Of a stretch of 64,000 bases of DNA, positions 1 through 9,074 are shown piece after piece; the stretch's first letter is position 1; each line of letters opens with the position of its first letter. The notes under the pieces are model-generated. The model was given only the letters and a program-made list of their open reading frames with translations. It made no database searches and was not told where the DNA came from. Both the position numbers and the translations under genes were made by a program. Source of the DNA: an uncultured Bacilli bacterium (lineage in GTDB: Bacteria; Bacillota_I; Bacilli_A; RF39; UBA660); contig CAKOOU010000001.1 of assembly GCA_934098455.1 (NCBI GenBank), forward strand, positions 199,933-263,932. The letters run 5' to 3'.

Positions 1-507
1 TATCATAAAGGTTTGTATCTTTCTAGTTTAAAAAATAAAGACTTATTATCTAATGCTAGTACTCTAACAGGACCTAAACCATGGGGATGTTCACTATATA
101 GTATACCAATGCAAATTTATCAAGCTAACGGACTGGATTGTAGCGGTTTTGTTACATGGGCTATGTATAATGGTGGATTTGATGTAGGTGATGTTGGAGC
201 AGGAGATTATAAAGAATTAACAGATGAATTATCAGACCTTGGACCACATAATAAAATTACTTTTGATTTTATGAAAACTGGCAAATATAAAGTAGGAGAC
301 TATATCGCAAAAAATGGACATGCTGCATTAATTATTGGAATAGATGATAATAATATTTACACAGCAGAATCGCTAGGAAAAGGACTTCGAGCAAAAACAT
401 ACGAAAGATATAATGGTATAGTCTACAATCCAATATTAGATTATACAATAGATATGGATAACATATATCCAAATGGAGAAGGAAATTATCAAATAATGTG
501 GAACTAA
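1..507 (+). CDS. NlpC/P60 (C40) cell-wall peptidase, C-terminal part (5' end outside window)
   Basis: Frame 1 is open from nt 1. Catalytic Cys context 'GLDCSGFVTW' with downstream 'NGHAALIIG' His is typical of NlpC/P60. Confidence 0.8.
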   Translation, partial: YHKGLYLSSLKNKDLLSNASTLTGPKPWGCSLYSIPMQIYQANGLDCSGFVTWAMYNGGFDVGDVGAGDYKELTDELSDLGPHNKITFDFMKTGKYKVGDYIAKNGHAALIIGIDDNNIYTAESLGKGLRAKTYERYNGIVYNPILDYTIDMDNIYPNGEGNYQIMWN

Positions 508-533
508 AAAATACAGACGTAATAATCTGTATT

Positions 534-1478
534 TTAATCTGCATATTTACTAGTTAAATTAAAATGTTCTTCTAAAGTAATCCAATCACCATTATTATAT
601 AACTTAGTAGCCAAATCTTCACCAACGTATCTCAAATGCCAACTTTCATATTTATAACCGGTTATACTTTCTTTACTTTTTGGATATCTAAGAATAAATC
701 CATATCTCCAAGCATTTTCATTAACCCATTTACCCTCACTAGTATATTGAAAATCATCACTAATACTATTTAAATCAAATGCAAGTCCTGTTTGGTGTTC
801 AGAATAGCCTGGTCTAGCACTATAAGTATCAGCAGCAAGTTTACCATCTCTATTAACATACTTATTATATAAACTTTCTTGTAAACTATAACTTCTATAA
901 CCACTCTGTATCCAAATATTCATACCCAAACTAGCCATATCAGCTTTCATCAATTTATATTTTTCATAAGCATCAACATTTATACATTCACTACAATAAT
1001 TTAAACCAGTCGCATCCTTATATGTATTTGTTGGAACATAATCTTTTGGTAATGGATAAGATTTATTAACAATTAATATTCCATCAATAATTTTTAATCC
1101 CTCTGTATTACTAGAAACACTAACATCCTGCTTCTTTTTTGTAGTAGTTGTCTTCGTAGTGCTAGTTGTAGTTGTAGAAGTTGTTGTACTAGAAGTAGTA
1201 CTTGTTGATGTAGTAGAAGATGTTGTTCTATTATCTTTTTTCTTTATTGTATTACCAATCTTAACATCTTTATTATTATTTACATTATCTATCAATTTAA
1301 TTCCTCCTACTTTTAAAATATAAAAAATAAGAAAAATTATTACAGCAATCAAAATCTTATTAACAACATTTCTATTAAATTTAAAATTAGATTTAACTAA
1401 AGCAACTACAATAACAACAATAGGTAAACAAACACCAAATAAATAAAATATAATATTAAATAAATTTTTCATAAACAC
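534..1478 (-). CDS. VanY-type (M15B) D-alanyl-D-alanine carboxypeptidase, membrane anchored
   Basis: N-terminal TM helix, a pure Thr/Ser linker (TSSTTSTSTTSSTTTSTTTTSTTKTTTT), and motifs 'SGYRSY', 'YSEHQTGLAFD', 'ESWHLRYVG'. Confidence 0.85.
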   Translation of the reverse strand: MFMKNLFNIIFYLFGVCLPIVVIVVALVKSNFKFNRNVVNKILIAVIIFLIFYILKVGGIKLIDNVNNNKDVKIGNTIKKKDNRTTSSTTSTSTTSSTTTSTTTTSTTKTTTTKKKQDVSVSSNTEGLKIIDGILIVNKSYPLPKDYVPTNTYKDATGLNYCSECINVDAYEKYKLMKADMASLGMNIWIQSGYRSYSLQESLYNKYVNRDGKLAADTYSARPGYSEHQTGLAFDLNSISDDFQYTSEGKWVNENAWRYGFILRYPKSKESITGYKYESWHLRYVGEDLATKLYNNGDWITLEEHFNLTSKYAD

Positions 1479-1480
1479 TC

Positions 1481-2893
1481 CTAATTATTAATATGATGAT
1501 GAACTTCTGGACTACTTTCATCAAGACCTAAGAAAGTATAACCATTTTCCAACCCATAATTTATTATTTTTCTAACACTTTCTATGTTAGCCTTCTTTAT
1601 ATCATGCATTAATACAACTGAATTATCATGTTTTTCTATTTCATCAATAACATTTTGATATATCTTTTCTGAATCTTTATATTTAGTATCAGTACTATCA
1701 ATATTCCAATCAAAATAAATATAACCTTTATCAATCATAGTCTTAGCAATATCACTTACAACACCTTTATTAAATCTACTAATTGTATTACTACTTCCAC
1801 CAGGAAATCTAAACATTTTAGTATAAGTACCAGTTTGTTCAAATATTATTTGATTCATTTGATTAAAATCATCAACATAATTATCAACACTTTCATATAT
1901 TTTGCCATAATTATGACTATATGTATGTACTGCAATTGAATGGCCGTTTTCATATTCTTTCTTTATCAAATTTTGGTAGCTACTAAATTGATTTGTAACA
2001 AAGAATGTTGCCTTTACATTATATTCGTCTAAAACATTTAATATACTTTCAGTATAACAGCCAGGTCCATCATCAAAAGTCAAATAAATAACTTTCCCAT
2101 TCTTAGGTATCTTACTTATATCACTATAAACTATGACTTTTCTAGAAATAGTATTCTTATTTCCAAATGTATCAACTACACTATAACTAATATTATACTC
2201 TCCATCTTTGTTTGTATCAACATTATTTATAACATTTACTTTATCAGTAATATCACCATCACAATTATCACTAGCAGTATAACCTCTATCTTTATATTCT
2301 TGATTTTTATATACATAAACTGTATCACCACCAACTAAATTAATTGTTGGCTTTTCATTATCTTCATATTCAATATTACGTATTTTAGTTCTTTTATTAC
2401 CAGAACTATCAACAACACTATAATATACTTTACTATTTCTTACTTCTACTTCTACTTTATCGGTAATATCGCCATCAACATTATCGTAAGCACTATACCC
2501 ATCTTCAATATATTCCTTATTAGGACAAATAGATTTCTTAGTATTTTCTAATTTAATTATAGGACTTTCATTATCAACATATTTAATTTCTCTAGTTATT
2601 ACTTTATTATACTTACCATACTTTATATTATAATTTAAAAAATATTTATTATCTTTCTTTTCTTCATATTTATTAACTTTAACTCTGTCACTTAAATCTT
2701 TACAAAATATTTTTATATATTTATTACAATATTCTGCCTTAAAACCCTCATCTTTATATGTACTACCAACATTCAATTCTTTATATTCTTTACCAATTAA
2801 TGTAAAATATACTTTTTTAGGTCCCAAAATTATAGACAAACAAAAAATTATTCCAACTAGAAAAGAAAGTATTATTACGTATTTTGTTTTCAT
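1481..2893 (-). CDS. Polysaccharide (peptidoglycan-type) deacetylase with two Ig-like repeats
   Basis: N-terminal TM; repeats carrying 'DNVDGDITDKV' and 'DNCDGDITDKV'; NodB motifs 'YLTFDDGPG' and 'HTYSHNY'. Confidence 0.85.
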   Translation of the reverse strand: MKTKYVIILSFLVGIIFCLSIILGPKKVYFTLIGKEYKELNVGSTYKDEGFKAEYCNKYIKIFCKDLSDRVKVNKYEEKKDNKYFLNYNIKYGKYNKVITREIKYVDNESPIIKLENTKKSICPNKEYIEDGYSAYDNVDGDITDKVEVEVRNSKVYYSVVDSSGNKRTKIRNIEYEDNEKPTINLVGGDTVYVYKNQEYKDRGYTASDNCDGDITDKVNVINNVDTNKDGEYNISYSVVDTFGNKNTISRKVIVYSDISKIPKNGKVIYLTFDDGPGCYTESILNVLDEYNVKATFFVTNQFSSYQNLIKKEYENGHSIAVHTYSHNYGKIYESVDNYVDDFNQMNQIIFEQTGTYTKMFRFPGGSSNTISRFNKGVVSDIAKTMIDKGYIYFDWNIDSTDTKYKDSEKIYQNVIDEIEKHDNSVVLMHDIKKANIESVRKIINYGLENGYTFLGLDESSPEVHHHINN

Positions 2894-2930
2894 ACACCCT
2901 CACTTTACTATATAGAATAATTAACAATTA

Positions 2931-3575
2931 TTAAGATTCACTTATTATTATAAAAGCTCCAAAAGTTTCTATAATTATGCTCGTTACTAACATTAATGTT
3001 ATAGCTGTATCACTTAAAAATTCTCTATCTACAATTCTATTTGCTATCAAAGAAATTATTAGTGCTACCAATCCTAATATAGCTATAATAACACCTATTG
3101 GAAGTAAACTATTTTTCTTTTTATTTTTAACATATTTAGCATTTTCTAACTTAGTAATATTATTAATTTCTTCTACTATATCTTTTTCATTTTTTTCTTG
3201 TTCACTAATATTATTATCTTCAATATTTACATAATTATCAGGAAATTCTATCTTTTCATCTAAATTAATTATTTTTTCTTCTACTATTATATCTTTTTTT
3301 GTAACTTCTTTATTTTCTACTTTCTTTGTAGTATTCTTTTTAGTTGTATTCTTTTTAGTATTATCACTAACTTTTTTTACACTTTTATTATTAGTAGAAC
3401 TTTTTGTACTAGCTTTCTTACTATCATTACTATTTTTAGTATTAATACTTTTTTTATTAGTAGAATTTTTTTTCACTGAAGTATTTTTAGTAGTAGTTTT
3501 TTTAGTTGTATTACTATTATTAGTTGATTTTTTCTTAGTCGTATTTTTAATTTCTTCATCTTTTTTATTAGCCAT
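2931..3575 (-). CDS. Hypothetical tail-anchored protein with Lys/Thr/Asn/Ser-rich basic low-complexity N-region
   Basis: ~95 aa of KKxTTKKNT-type low complexity, an acidic middle, and two C-terminal hydrophobic helices. No signal peptide and no LPXTG. A GGTG-type SD (aggtga) lies 6 nt upstream of the ATG. Confidence 0.5.
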   Translation of the reverse strand: MANKKDEEIKNTTKKKSTNNSNTTKKTTTKNTSVKKNSTNKKSINTKNSNDSKKASTKSSTNNKSVKKVSDNTKKNTTKKNTTKKVENKEVTKKDIIVEEKIINLDEKIEFPDNYVNIEDNNISEQEKNEKDIVEEINNITKLENAKYVKNKKKNSLLPIGVIIAILGLVALIISLIANRIVDREFLSDTAITLMLVTSIIIETFGAFIIISES

Positions 3576-3710
3576 ACCATATCACCTAATATCATTATAG
3601 ATAAAAACACCTATTTTTTCAACTAAAAAATTGTAATTTTTATTTATTTTTCATATAATTAATTGACTAAAAAAAAGAATTGTGTTTTATTATTGTTAGG
3701 AGATGATATA

Positions 3711-4769
3711 ATGAAAAAATATTTTAAATGTTTTATACTTGCATTAGTTATGATAATGTTATCAATTATAACTGTTAATGCAAAAAGTTCAAAGGATTTA
3801 TTTCAAGCTGGAGATAAAGTTTCTATTGATGAAAAATTAGATGGAACATCTTTTATTGCTGGAAATGAAATCAATGTTAATAATATAATTGATGGAATTA
3901 GTTTTGTTGCTGGAAACAAATTAACTTTCAACGCAAATCAAGAATATGTTATAGGTGCTGGAAATGAAATAACTATAGAAAAAGATATAGAAAAGGATTT
4001 ATTCTTAGCAGCAAACGATATTAAAGTTAATGGTAATGTTCTAAGAGATACTTATTTAGCAGCAAATACAATTACAATAAATGGTAACCTTAATAGAAAC
4101 AGTTATGTTTATGCTAGTGAAGTTACTTTAAAAGGTACATTTAATGGTAACGTAACAGTTTATGCTGCTAATATAAATATTGAAGGAGCAAAAATAACTG
4201 GTACACTAAAATATAATAAAGATGCAGTTATAGATGGTTTAAATGACACTATCAAAACTAAAGTATATAATTCTACTTCAAATAAAATGACATTTAAAGA
4301 ATATATTTATGCTATAGTTTCAAAATATGTTCACATAACTATGTTAGCAATAGTATTAGTATTTGCTTGTGAAAAATTATTTAAAAAATCTTTAAAACAA
4401 ACAGAAGATTTAACTACTAAAAAAACTGCTATTCTTTGTGGAAAAGGTTTCTTATTATTAATTGGTGTTCCAATGGTAGCATTAATGTTATTAATGACTG
4501 GTATATTCTCATCAGTAGGTGTAATAGGTGGAATAATTTATGGTATTTTAGTTTACATTGCAAACATATTTACAGCTTATACAATAGCACATAAACTAGA
4601 TAAGAAATATTTTAAAAAGAATATGAATAGTTATATCTTAATGATAGTAGGTTTATTTATAATTTATGTTTTAAGTTATATACCATATATTGGTGGATTT
4701 GTATCATTATTAAGTCTATTATTTGGATTAGGTATATCTGGAAATATGATTATAGAAATGAAAAAGTAA
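3711..4769 (+). CDS. Signal-peptide protein with beta-helix (bactofilin/polymer-forming-like) repeats and a C-terminal multi-TM domain
   Basis: ATG at 3711 is preceded by 'taggaga' (the ORF-track TTG at 3663 is unlikely). Repeats of type 'IAGNEINVNN', 'VAGNKLTFNA', 'LAANDIKVNGN', 'LAANTITINGN'. About 4 C-terminal TM helices. Confidence 0.5.
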   Translation: MKKYFKCFILALVMIMLSIITVNAKSSKDLFQAGDKVSIDEKLDGTSFIAGNEINVNNIIDGISFVAGNKLTFNANQEYVIGAGNEITIEKDIEKDLFLAANDIKVNGNVLRDTYLAANTITINGNLNRNSYVYASEVTLKGTFNGNVTVYAANINIEGAKITGTLKYNKDAVIDGLNDTIKTKVYNSTSNKMTFKEYIYAIVSKYVHITMLAIVLVFACEKLFKKSLKQTEDLTTKKTAILCGKGFLLLIGVPMVALMLLMTGIFSSVGVIGGIIYGILVYIANIFTAYTIAHKLDKKYFKKNMNSYILMIVGLFIIYVLSYIPYIGGFVSLLSLLFGLGISGNMIIEMKK

Positions 4770-4810
4770 TTAAAGAAGCATCATTTGTTTCTTTTTTTAT
4801 GTTATGAATT

Positions 4811-4900
4811 CCGACTAATTTAAAGTGAATCTATTGACTAATTTAAAGTGAACCTATTGACTAATTTAAAGTGAACCCCTTGACTAATTTAAAGTCAAAA
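4811..4900. repeat. Four tandem 23-bp repeats (TTGACTAATTTAAAGTGAACCTA consensus)
   Basis: Units at 4811-4833, 4834-4856, 4857-4879 and 4880-4900. The last unit is a palindrome, TTGAC-TAATTTAAA-GTCAA. They lie between convergent genes. Confidence 0.9.
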
Positions 4901-4926
4901 GAAAAAAGGCCACAATTTATGGCCTT
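4897..4926 (-). terminator. Intrinsic terminator of clpB
   Basis: AAGGCC / GGCCTT stem (4906-4911 / 4921-4926) with a 9-nt loop. On the minus strand it is followed by a U-run (TTTTTTCTTTT). Confidence 0.6.
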
Positions 4927-4933
4927 AAATTAA

Positions 4934-7048
4934 TTATTTAGTAATATAAAATTCTCCATTATTATTAACATCAATGTTGACATTACTTCCAAAAACAATT
5001 TCATCATTAATTAATGCATTCGCTATTAAAGTTTCAATATTTCTACTTACATAACGTTTAATAGGTCTAGCACCAAAATTAATATCAAAACTATTTTCAA
5101 TAATAAATTCTTTTGCTCTGTCACTTACAGTTAGAGTTAATTGTTTATCTCTTAAACGTAATTCAATATTTTTAATAATATTGTTAAGAATTTCATGAAC
5201 TACTTCTTTATCAAGTGGTTTAAATACTATAATTTCATCAATTCTATTAATAAATTCAGGTTTAAATGTATGTCTAATAGCCTCATCAACTTTATCTTTA
5301 TAATTATCATCATTATTTAAAATATATTCACTACCTAAATTACTAGTCATAATAATGATTGTATTTTTAAAATCTACAGTTCTACCTTGACCATCAGTTA
5401 TACGACCGTCATCAAGTATTTGAAGCAATATATTAAATACGTCTTTATGAGCTTTTTCTATTTCATCAAATAAAACTATACTATAAGGATTACGTCTAAC
5501 AGCTTCGGTTAATTGACCGCCTTCATCATAACCAACATATCCAGGAGGAGCTCCAACTAAACGTGAAACACTGTGACTTTCCATATATTCACTCATATCA
5601 ATTCTTATCATGTGTTTTTCATCATCAAATAATTCATATGCTAGAGTTCTAGCAACTTCAGTTTTACCTACACCTGTAGGACCTAAGAACATAAATGAAC
5701 CAATTGGACGATTAGGGTCTTTAATGCCAGCGCGGGCACGTTTTATAGCTTCACTAACAAGTTCCAAAGCTTCATCTTGACCTTTAACACGTTTTTTCAT
5801 ATTTTCATATAAATGAATTAATTTATCTTTTTCTCCGCCAACAAGTTTAGCAACTGGAATATTAGTCCACTTAGAAATAATTTTAGCAATAGACTCATCA
5901 TCAACAACATCACTTAATATTGAACGTTTATTGCTGTTATTCAATTCTTCCAATTCACGTTTTAATTCTGGTATAACACCATGACGTAATTTAGCAGCAG
6001 TTTCTAAATCATAATTATTTTCAGCAACCTCTAATTCATAAGACTTTCTTTCAATTTCTTCTTTCTTTTTAGAAATCTTATCATTAATAATTTTTTCATC
6101 TTCCCAATCATTTCTAAGTTGTTTTTCTCTAACTTTTAAATCTTCAAGCTTTTTATCAATCTCAATAACTCTATTCTTACTTAGTTCATCTTTTTCATGT
6201 TTTAAAGCTTGTTTTTCAACTTCTAATTGCATTATTTTTCTAGATAGAGTATCAAGTTCAACAGGAACACTTTCCATTTGAACTTTAATAGTAGCACAAG
6301 CTTCATCAACTAAATCAATTGCCTTATCTGGTAAAAATCTACTAGTTATATATCTATCAGATAATGTTGCAGCAGCAACTAAAGCTTTATCTTTAATACT
6401 TACACCATGGAATACTTCAAATCTATTTTTTAATCCACGTAGTATTGTAATTGTATCTAATACAGTAGGTTCATTAACCTGTATCTTTTGAAAACGTCTT
6501 TCTAGCGCTCCATCTTTTTCAATATATTTTCTATATTCATTTAAAGTTGTAGCACCTATACAATGAATTTCACCACGGGCAAGCATAGGTTTTAACATAT
6601 TACCAGCATCCATTGCACCTTCTAATGCACCAGCACCAACTATCATGTGAATTTCATCAATAAATAAAATTATTTCACCATTACTGTCTTTAATTTCTTT
6701 TAAAACAGCTTTTAATCTTTCCTCAAATTCACCACGATATTTAGCACCAGCAACTAAAGCGCCCATATCAAGTTCCCAAACATGCTTGTTCTTTAAACTA
6801 TTAGGTACATCTCCCTTAACAATTCTAAGAGCAAGGCCTTCAACGATTGCGGTTTTACCAACACCAGGTTCGCCAATTAAAACTGGATTGTTTTTAGTTT
6901 TTCTAGATAAAACACGAGTTATATTACGTATTTCATCATCTCTACCTATAACTGGTTCAATCTTACCATCCATAGCTAGTTTAACAATATCTCGTCCATA
7001 TTTTTCAAGTGGTTTCTTTAAATTCTCTTCATAAGGATTTTGTTCCAT
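4934..7048 (-). CDS. clpB: ClpB disaggregase lacking the N-terminal domain
   Basis: Start 'MEQNPYEE' with 'ggagga' SD (the ORF-track TTG at 7084 is unlikely). Two AAA+ modules ('[15 protein letters not shown]', '[15 protein letters not shown]') and a long coiled-coil M-domain between them. The alignment begins at the position equivalent to about E. coli residue 150. Confidence 0.9.
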   Translation of the reverse strand: MEQNPYEENLKKPLEKYGRDIVKLAMDGKIEPVIGRDDEIRNITRVLSRKTKNNPVLIGEPGVGKTAIVEGLALRIVKGDVPNSLKNKHVWELDMGALVAGAKYRGEFEERLKAVLKEIKDSNGEIILFIDEIHMIVGAGALEGAMDAGNMLKPMLARGEIHCIGATTLNEYRKYIEKDGALERRFQKIQVNEPTVLDTITILRGLKNRFEVFHGVSIKDKALVAAATLSDRYITSRFLPDKAIDLVDEACATIKVQMESVPVELDTLSRKIMQLEVEKQALKHEKDELSKNRVIEIDKKLEDLKVREKQLRNDWEDEKIINDKISKKKEEIERKSYELEVAENNYDLETAAKLRHGVIPELKRELEELNNSNKRSILSDVVDDESIAKIISKWTNIPVAKLVGGEKDKLIHLYENMKKRVKGQDEALELVSEAIKRARAGIKDPNRPIGSFMFLGPTGVGKTEVARTLAYELFDDEKHMIRIDMSEYMESHSVSRLVGAPPGYVGYDEGGQLTEAVRRNPYSIVLFDEIEKAHKDVFNILLQILDDGRITDGQGRTVDFKNTIIIMTSNLGSEYILNNDDNYKDKVDEAIRHTFKPEFINRIDEIIVFKPLDKEVVHEILNNIIKNIELRLRDKQLTLTVSDRAKEFIIENSFDINFGARPIKRYVSRNIETLIANALINDEIVFGSNVNIDVNNNGEFYITK

Positions 7049-7073
7049 AAATATTCCTCCATTTCTAATAAAT

Positions 7074-7101
7074 ATTATACTCAATAATTAGCACTTGTCA
7101 A
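7074..7101 (-). promoter_or_regulatory. Sigma-A type promoter of clpB (TTGACA-16-TATAAT on minus strand)
   Basis: The minus strand reads TTGACA (7101-7096), a 16-nt spacer, then TATAAT (7079-7074). The -35 box sits inside the CIRCE spacer. Confidence 0.6.
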
Positions 7102-7114
7102 GTGATAGTGCTAA
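7088..7114. promoter_or_regulatory. CIRCE (HrcA operator) inverted repeat
   Basis: TTAGCACTT-N9-TAGTGCTAA versus the consensus TTAGCACTC-N9-GAGTGCTAA. It overlaps the clpB promoter. Confidence 0.75.
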
Positions 7115-7128
7115 CAAAATAAAATTAC

Positions 7129-7156
7129 TTGACAATATACCAATTTATGGTAATAT
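7129..7156 (+). promoter_or_regulatory. Promoter of the TetR gene (TTGACA-16-TAATAT with TG extension)
   Basis: TTGACA at 7129-7134, TGg at 7148-7150, TAATAT at 7151-7156. Confidence 0.5.
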
Positions 7157-7158
7157 TA

Positions 7159-7183
7159 AAGTGTAAATAACACTTGTTATTTA
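7159..7183. promoter_or_regulatory. Overlapping palindromes, candidate TetR auto-operator
   Basis: AAGTGT-aaata-ACACTT (7159-7175) and TAAATAAC-actt-GTTATTTA (7164-7183), immediately downstream of the -10 box. Confidence 0.35.
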
Positions 7184-7200
7184 AAAAGGGGAGATTAAAT

Positions 7201-7791
7201 ATGAGTGCTGTAAAAATAAAAAAAGAAGATCTAATAAAAGGGTCAATAAAAATAATAAGAGATGAGGGCGACAGTAATTTATCTGCAAGAAATTTAGCTA
7301 AAGTAGTAGGATGTTCTACTCAACCAATATTTAGATTATTCACGAACATGGATGAATTAAAAAGAACTGTATATGATGATGTTTATGAACTTCAAAAAAA
7401 ATACTTATTAAAAGGAAATGAACATCAAGTACCATTTATTGGAGTAGGATTATCCTATATAGATTTTGCTACAAAAGAAAAGAATTTATTCAAATTCTTA
7501 TTCATGTCATCATTTACGAAATATAATAACATATTAGAAATGGCGGATAATGATGATGGAAAAAAATATACAGAAATGATAATTAAATCTACAGGATTAA
7601 GCCCAGAATCATCAAAACAAATATATATTAATACATGGCTAATTATACATGGTATCGCTTCTATGATGGCAACAACAAATTCAAAATTAACAAAAGATGA
7701 TATAGAAACAATTATATTTGATGCATTCAAAGGATACAGACAAGTATTAATGAATAAAGAATTAAACACAAAATACAAAAAAGCTAGCTAA
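7201..7791 (+). CDS. TetR/AcrR family transcriptional regulator
   Basis: ATG at 7201 follows 'aaaaggggag'. N-terminal HTH 'LSARNLAKVVGCSTQPIFRLFTNMDEL'. The 3' end overlaps hisS convergently by 8 nt. Confidence 0.8.
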   Translation: MSAVKIKKEDLIKGSIKIIRDEGDSNLSARNLAKVVGCSTQPIFRLFTNMDELKRTVYDDVYELQKKYLLKGNEHQVPFIGVGLSYIDFATKEKNLFKFLFMSSFTKYNNILEMADNDDGKKYTEMIIKSTGLSPESSKQIYINTWLIIHGIASMMATTNSKLTKDDIETIIFDAFKGYRQVLMNKELNTKYKKAS

Positions 7792-8977
7792 TTGAAGCTA
7801 GTTTTTCTATAAGTTCATCATAACTCAAATTATCTATTATAATTTCATTTTTATTATTTTTAATTAAATATTTATAATTAAAACTTTCTATAGTATACTT
7901 ACTTTTACCACTATAATTTATTTCAGAAATAAATCCCATATTTCTTAAATTTAAACATAAACTAAAATCATCAAACAAAATATTATAATCAATTATTCTT
8001 TCAATATCTTTCAATAAATTTTTTCTATATAATATGTCTATTAATCTTTCTAAACCAATCGCAAATCCAATAGCATTTATTTTTTTACCATCGTCAGTTT
8101 TAACAATGTTATTGTAACAACCTCCACCACAAATTGTATTAGCACATCCAAGTTCCTCAATATTTGTTTTTATTTCAAATACTATATCAGTATAATAATT
8201 AAGTCCTCTAACTAGATTTTTATTCACAACATAATTTATATTTAATGTATCAAGCATTTTCAAAATCTTATCAAAATTATATTTTGACTTTTCATTAATA
8301 TAATTTTCAATTTTTGGAGCATTTAATACTATATCAGAACGTTTATCAATTTTACAATCCAATATTCTAATAGGATTCTTTTTAAATCTTCTTTTACAAT
8401 CATCACATAATTCATTTATATAAGGTTTAAAATATTTCTTTAAAGCAATTTCATATTTGGTTCTATTCTCATAACTTCCTAAATTATTAATATGAACTTT
8501 AATTTCTTTTAATCCTAAATTTTTTAAAATTCCAACAGCTAAACTAATTATTTCAACACTTGAATAAATTGAATTATTATTAAACATTTCTACACCAAAT
8601 TGTTGAAATTCTCTATATCTACCATTCTCTATTTTTTCATGTCTAAACATAGAACCATAATAATAAAACTTTTCAACATTATTATTTTTATATAATTCAT
8701 TTTCAAGATAGCTCCTAATTACTCCGGTTGTTCCTTCAGGTCGAAGAGAGATGTCATCATTATTTTTATCTATAAAATTATATAATTCTTTAGAAACTAC
8801 ATCAGTATTTGTCCCAATTAATTCATGATATAAAGAAGTATCTTCAAAAATAGGAGTCCTAATATATTTAAAATTATAAATAGTACAATTTTTTATTATC
8901 TTATTAATAACATATTGCCAAGCAATACCATGACTACCATATATGTCATATGTACCATCTTTTTTAGAAAAACACAT
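7784..8977 (-). CDS. hisS: Histidyl-tRNA synthetase (divergent motif 3)
   Basis: Start 'MCFSKKDGTYDIY' with 'aaagggga' SD. Contains 'LRPEGTTGVIRSY' and motif 2 'FRHEKIENGRYREFQQFGVE'. Motif 3 reads 'GGGCYNN' instead of GGGRYD. Also has 'GFAIGLERL' and a short C-terminal anticodon-binding-like domain. Confidence 0.7.
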   Translation of the reverse strand: MCFSKKDGTYDIYGSHGIAWQYVINKIIKNCTIYNFKYIRTPIFEDTSLYHELIGTNTDVVSKELYNFIDKNNDDISLRPEGTTGVIRSYLENELYKNNNVEKFYYYGSMFRHEKIENGRYREFQQFGVEMFNNNSIYSSVEIISLAVGILKNLGLKEIKVHINNLGSYENRTKYEIALKKYFKPYINELCDDCKRRFKKNPIRILDCKIDKRSDIVLNAPKIENYINEKSKYNFDKILKMLDTLNINYVVNKNLVRGLNYYTDIVFEIKTNIEELGCANTICGGGCYNNIVKTDDGKKINAIGFAIGLERLIDILYRKNLLKDIERIIDYNILFDDFSLCLNLRNMGFISEINYSGKSKYTIESFNYKYLIKNNKNEIIIDNLSYDELIEKLASIS

Positions 8978-9074
8978 ATAATTCTCATCCCCTTTCTTAA
9001 AAGCACGGAAAATGATTATAATAAAATTTAAACGATTTGTCAAATAAAAAATATTTTGATATTATAAAATAGTG

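Noticed and set aside
2931-3575. The K/T/S/N-rich low-complexity protein as a secreted, wall-anchored adhesin.
   Set aside because: It has no N-terminal signal peptide, no LPXTG sortase motif and no repeat-domain structure. The only hydrophobic segments are C-terminal, so the low-complexity region is most likely cytoplasmic.
4811-4900. The tandem 23-bp repeats as a CRISPR array.
   Set aside because: The repeats are directly abutting with no spacers, there are only four units, and no cas genes are nearby. This is a simple tandem repeat.
7049-7084. The upstream TTG-initiated extension of clpB ([12 protein letters not shown]...), and similar ORF-track 5' extensions at 3663, 7174, 9043, 24345, 27054, 31796, 50459 and 58756.
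   Set aside because: In each case an internal ATG has a proper SD a few nucleotides upstream. The extensions run through promoter, operator or upstream-gene sequence and add non-homologous residues.
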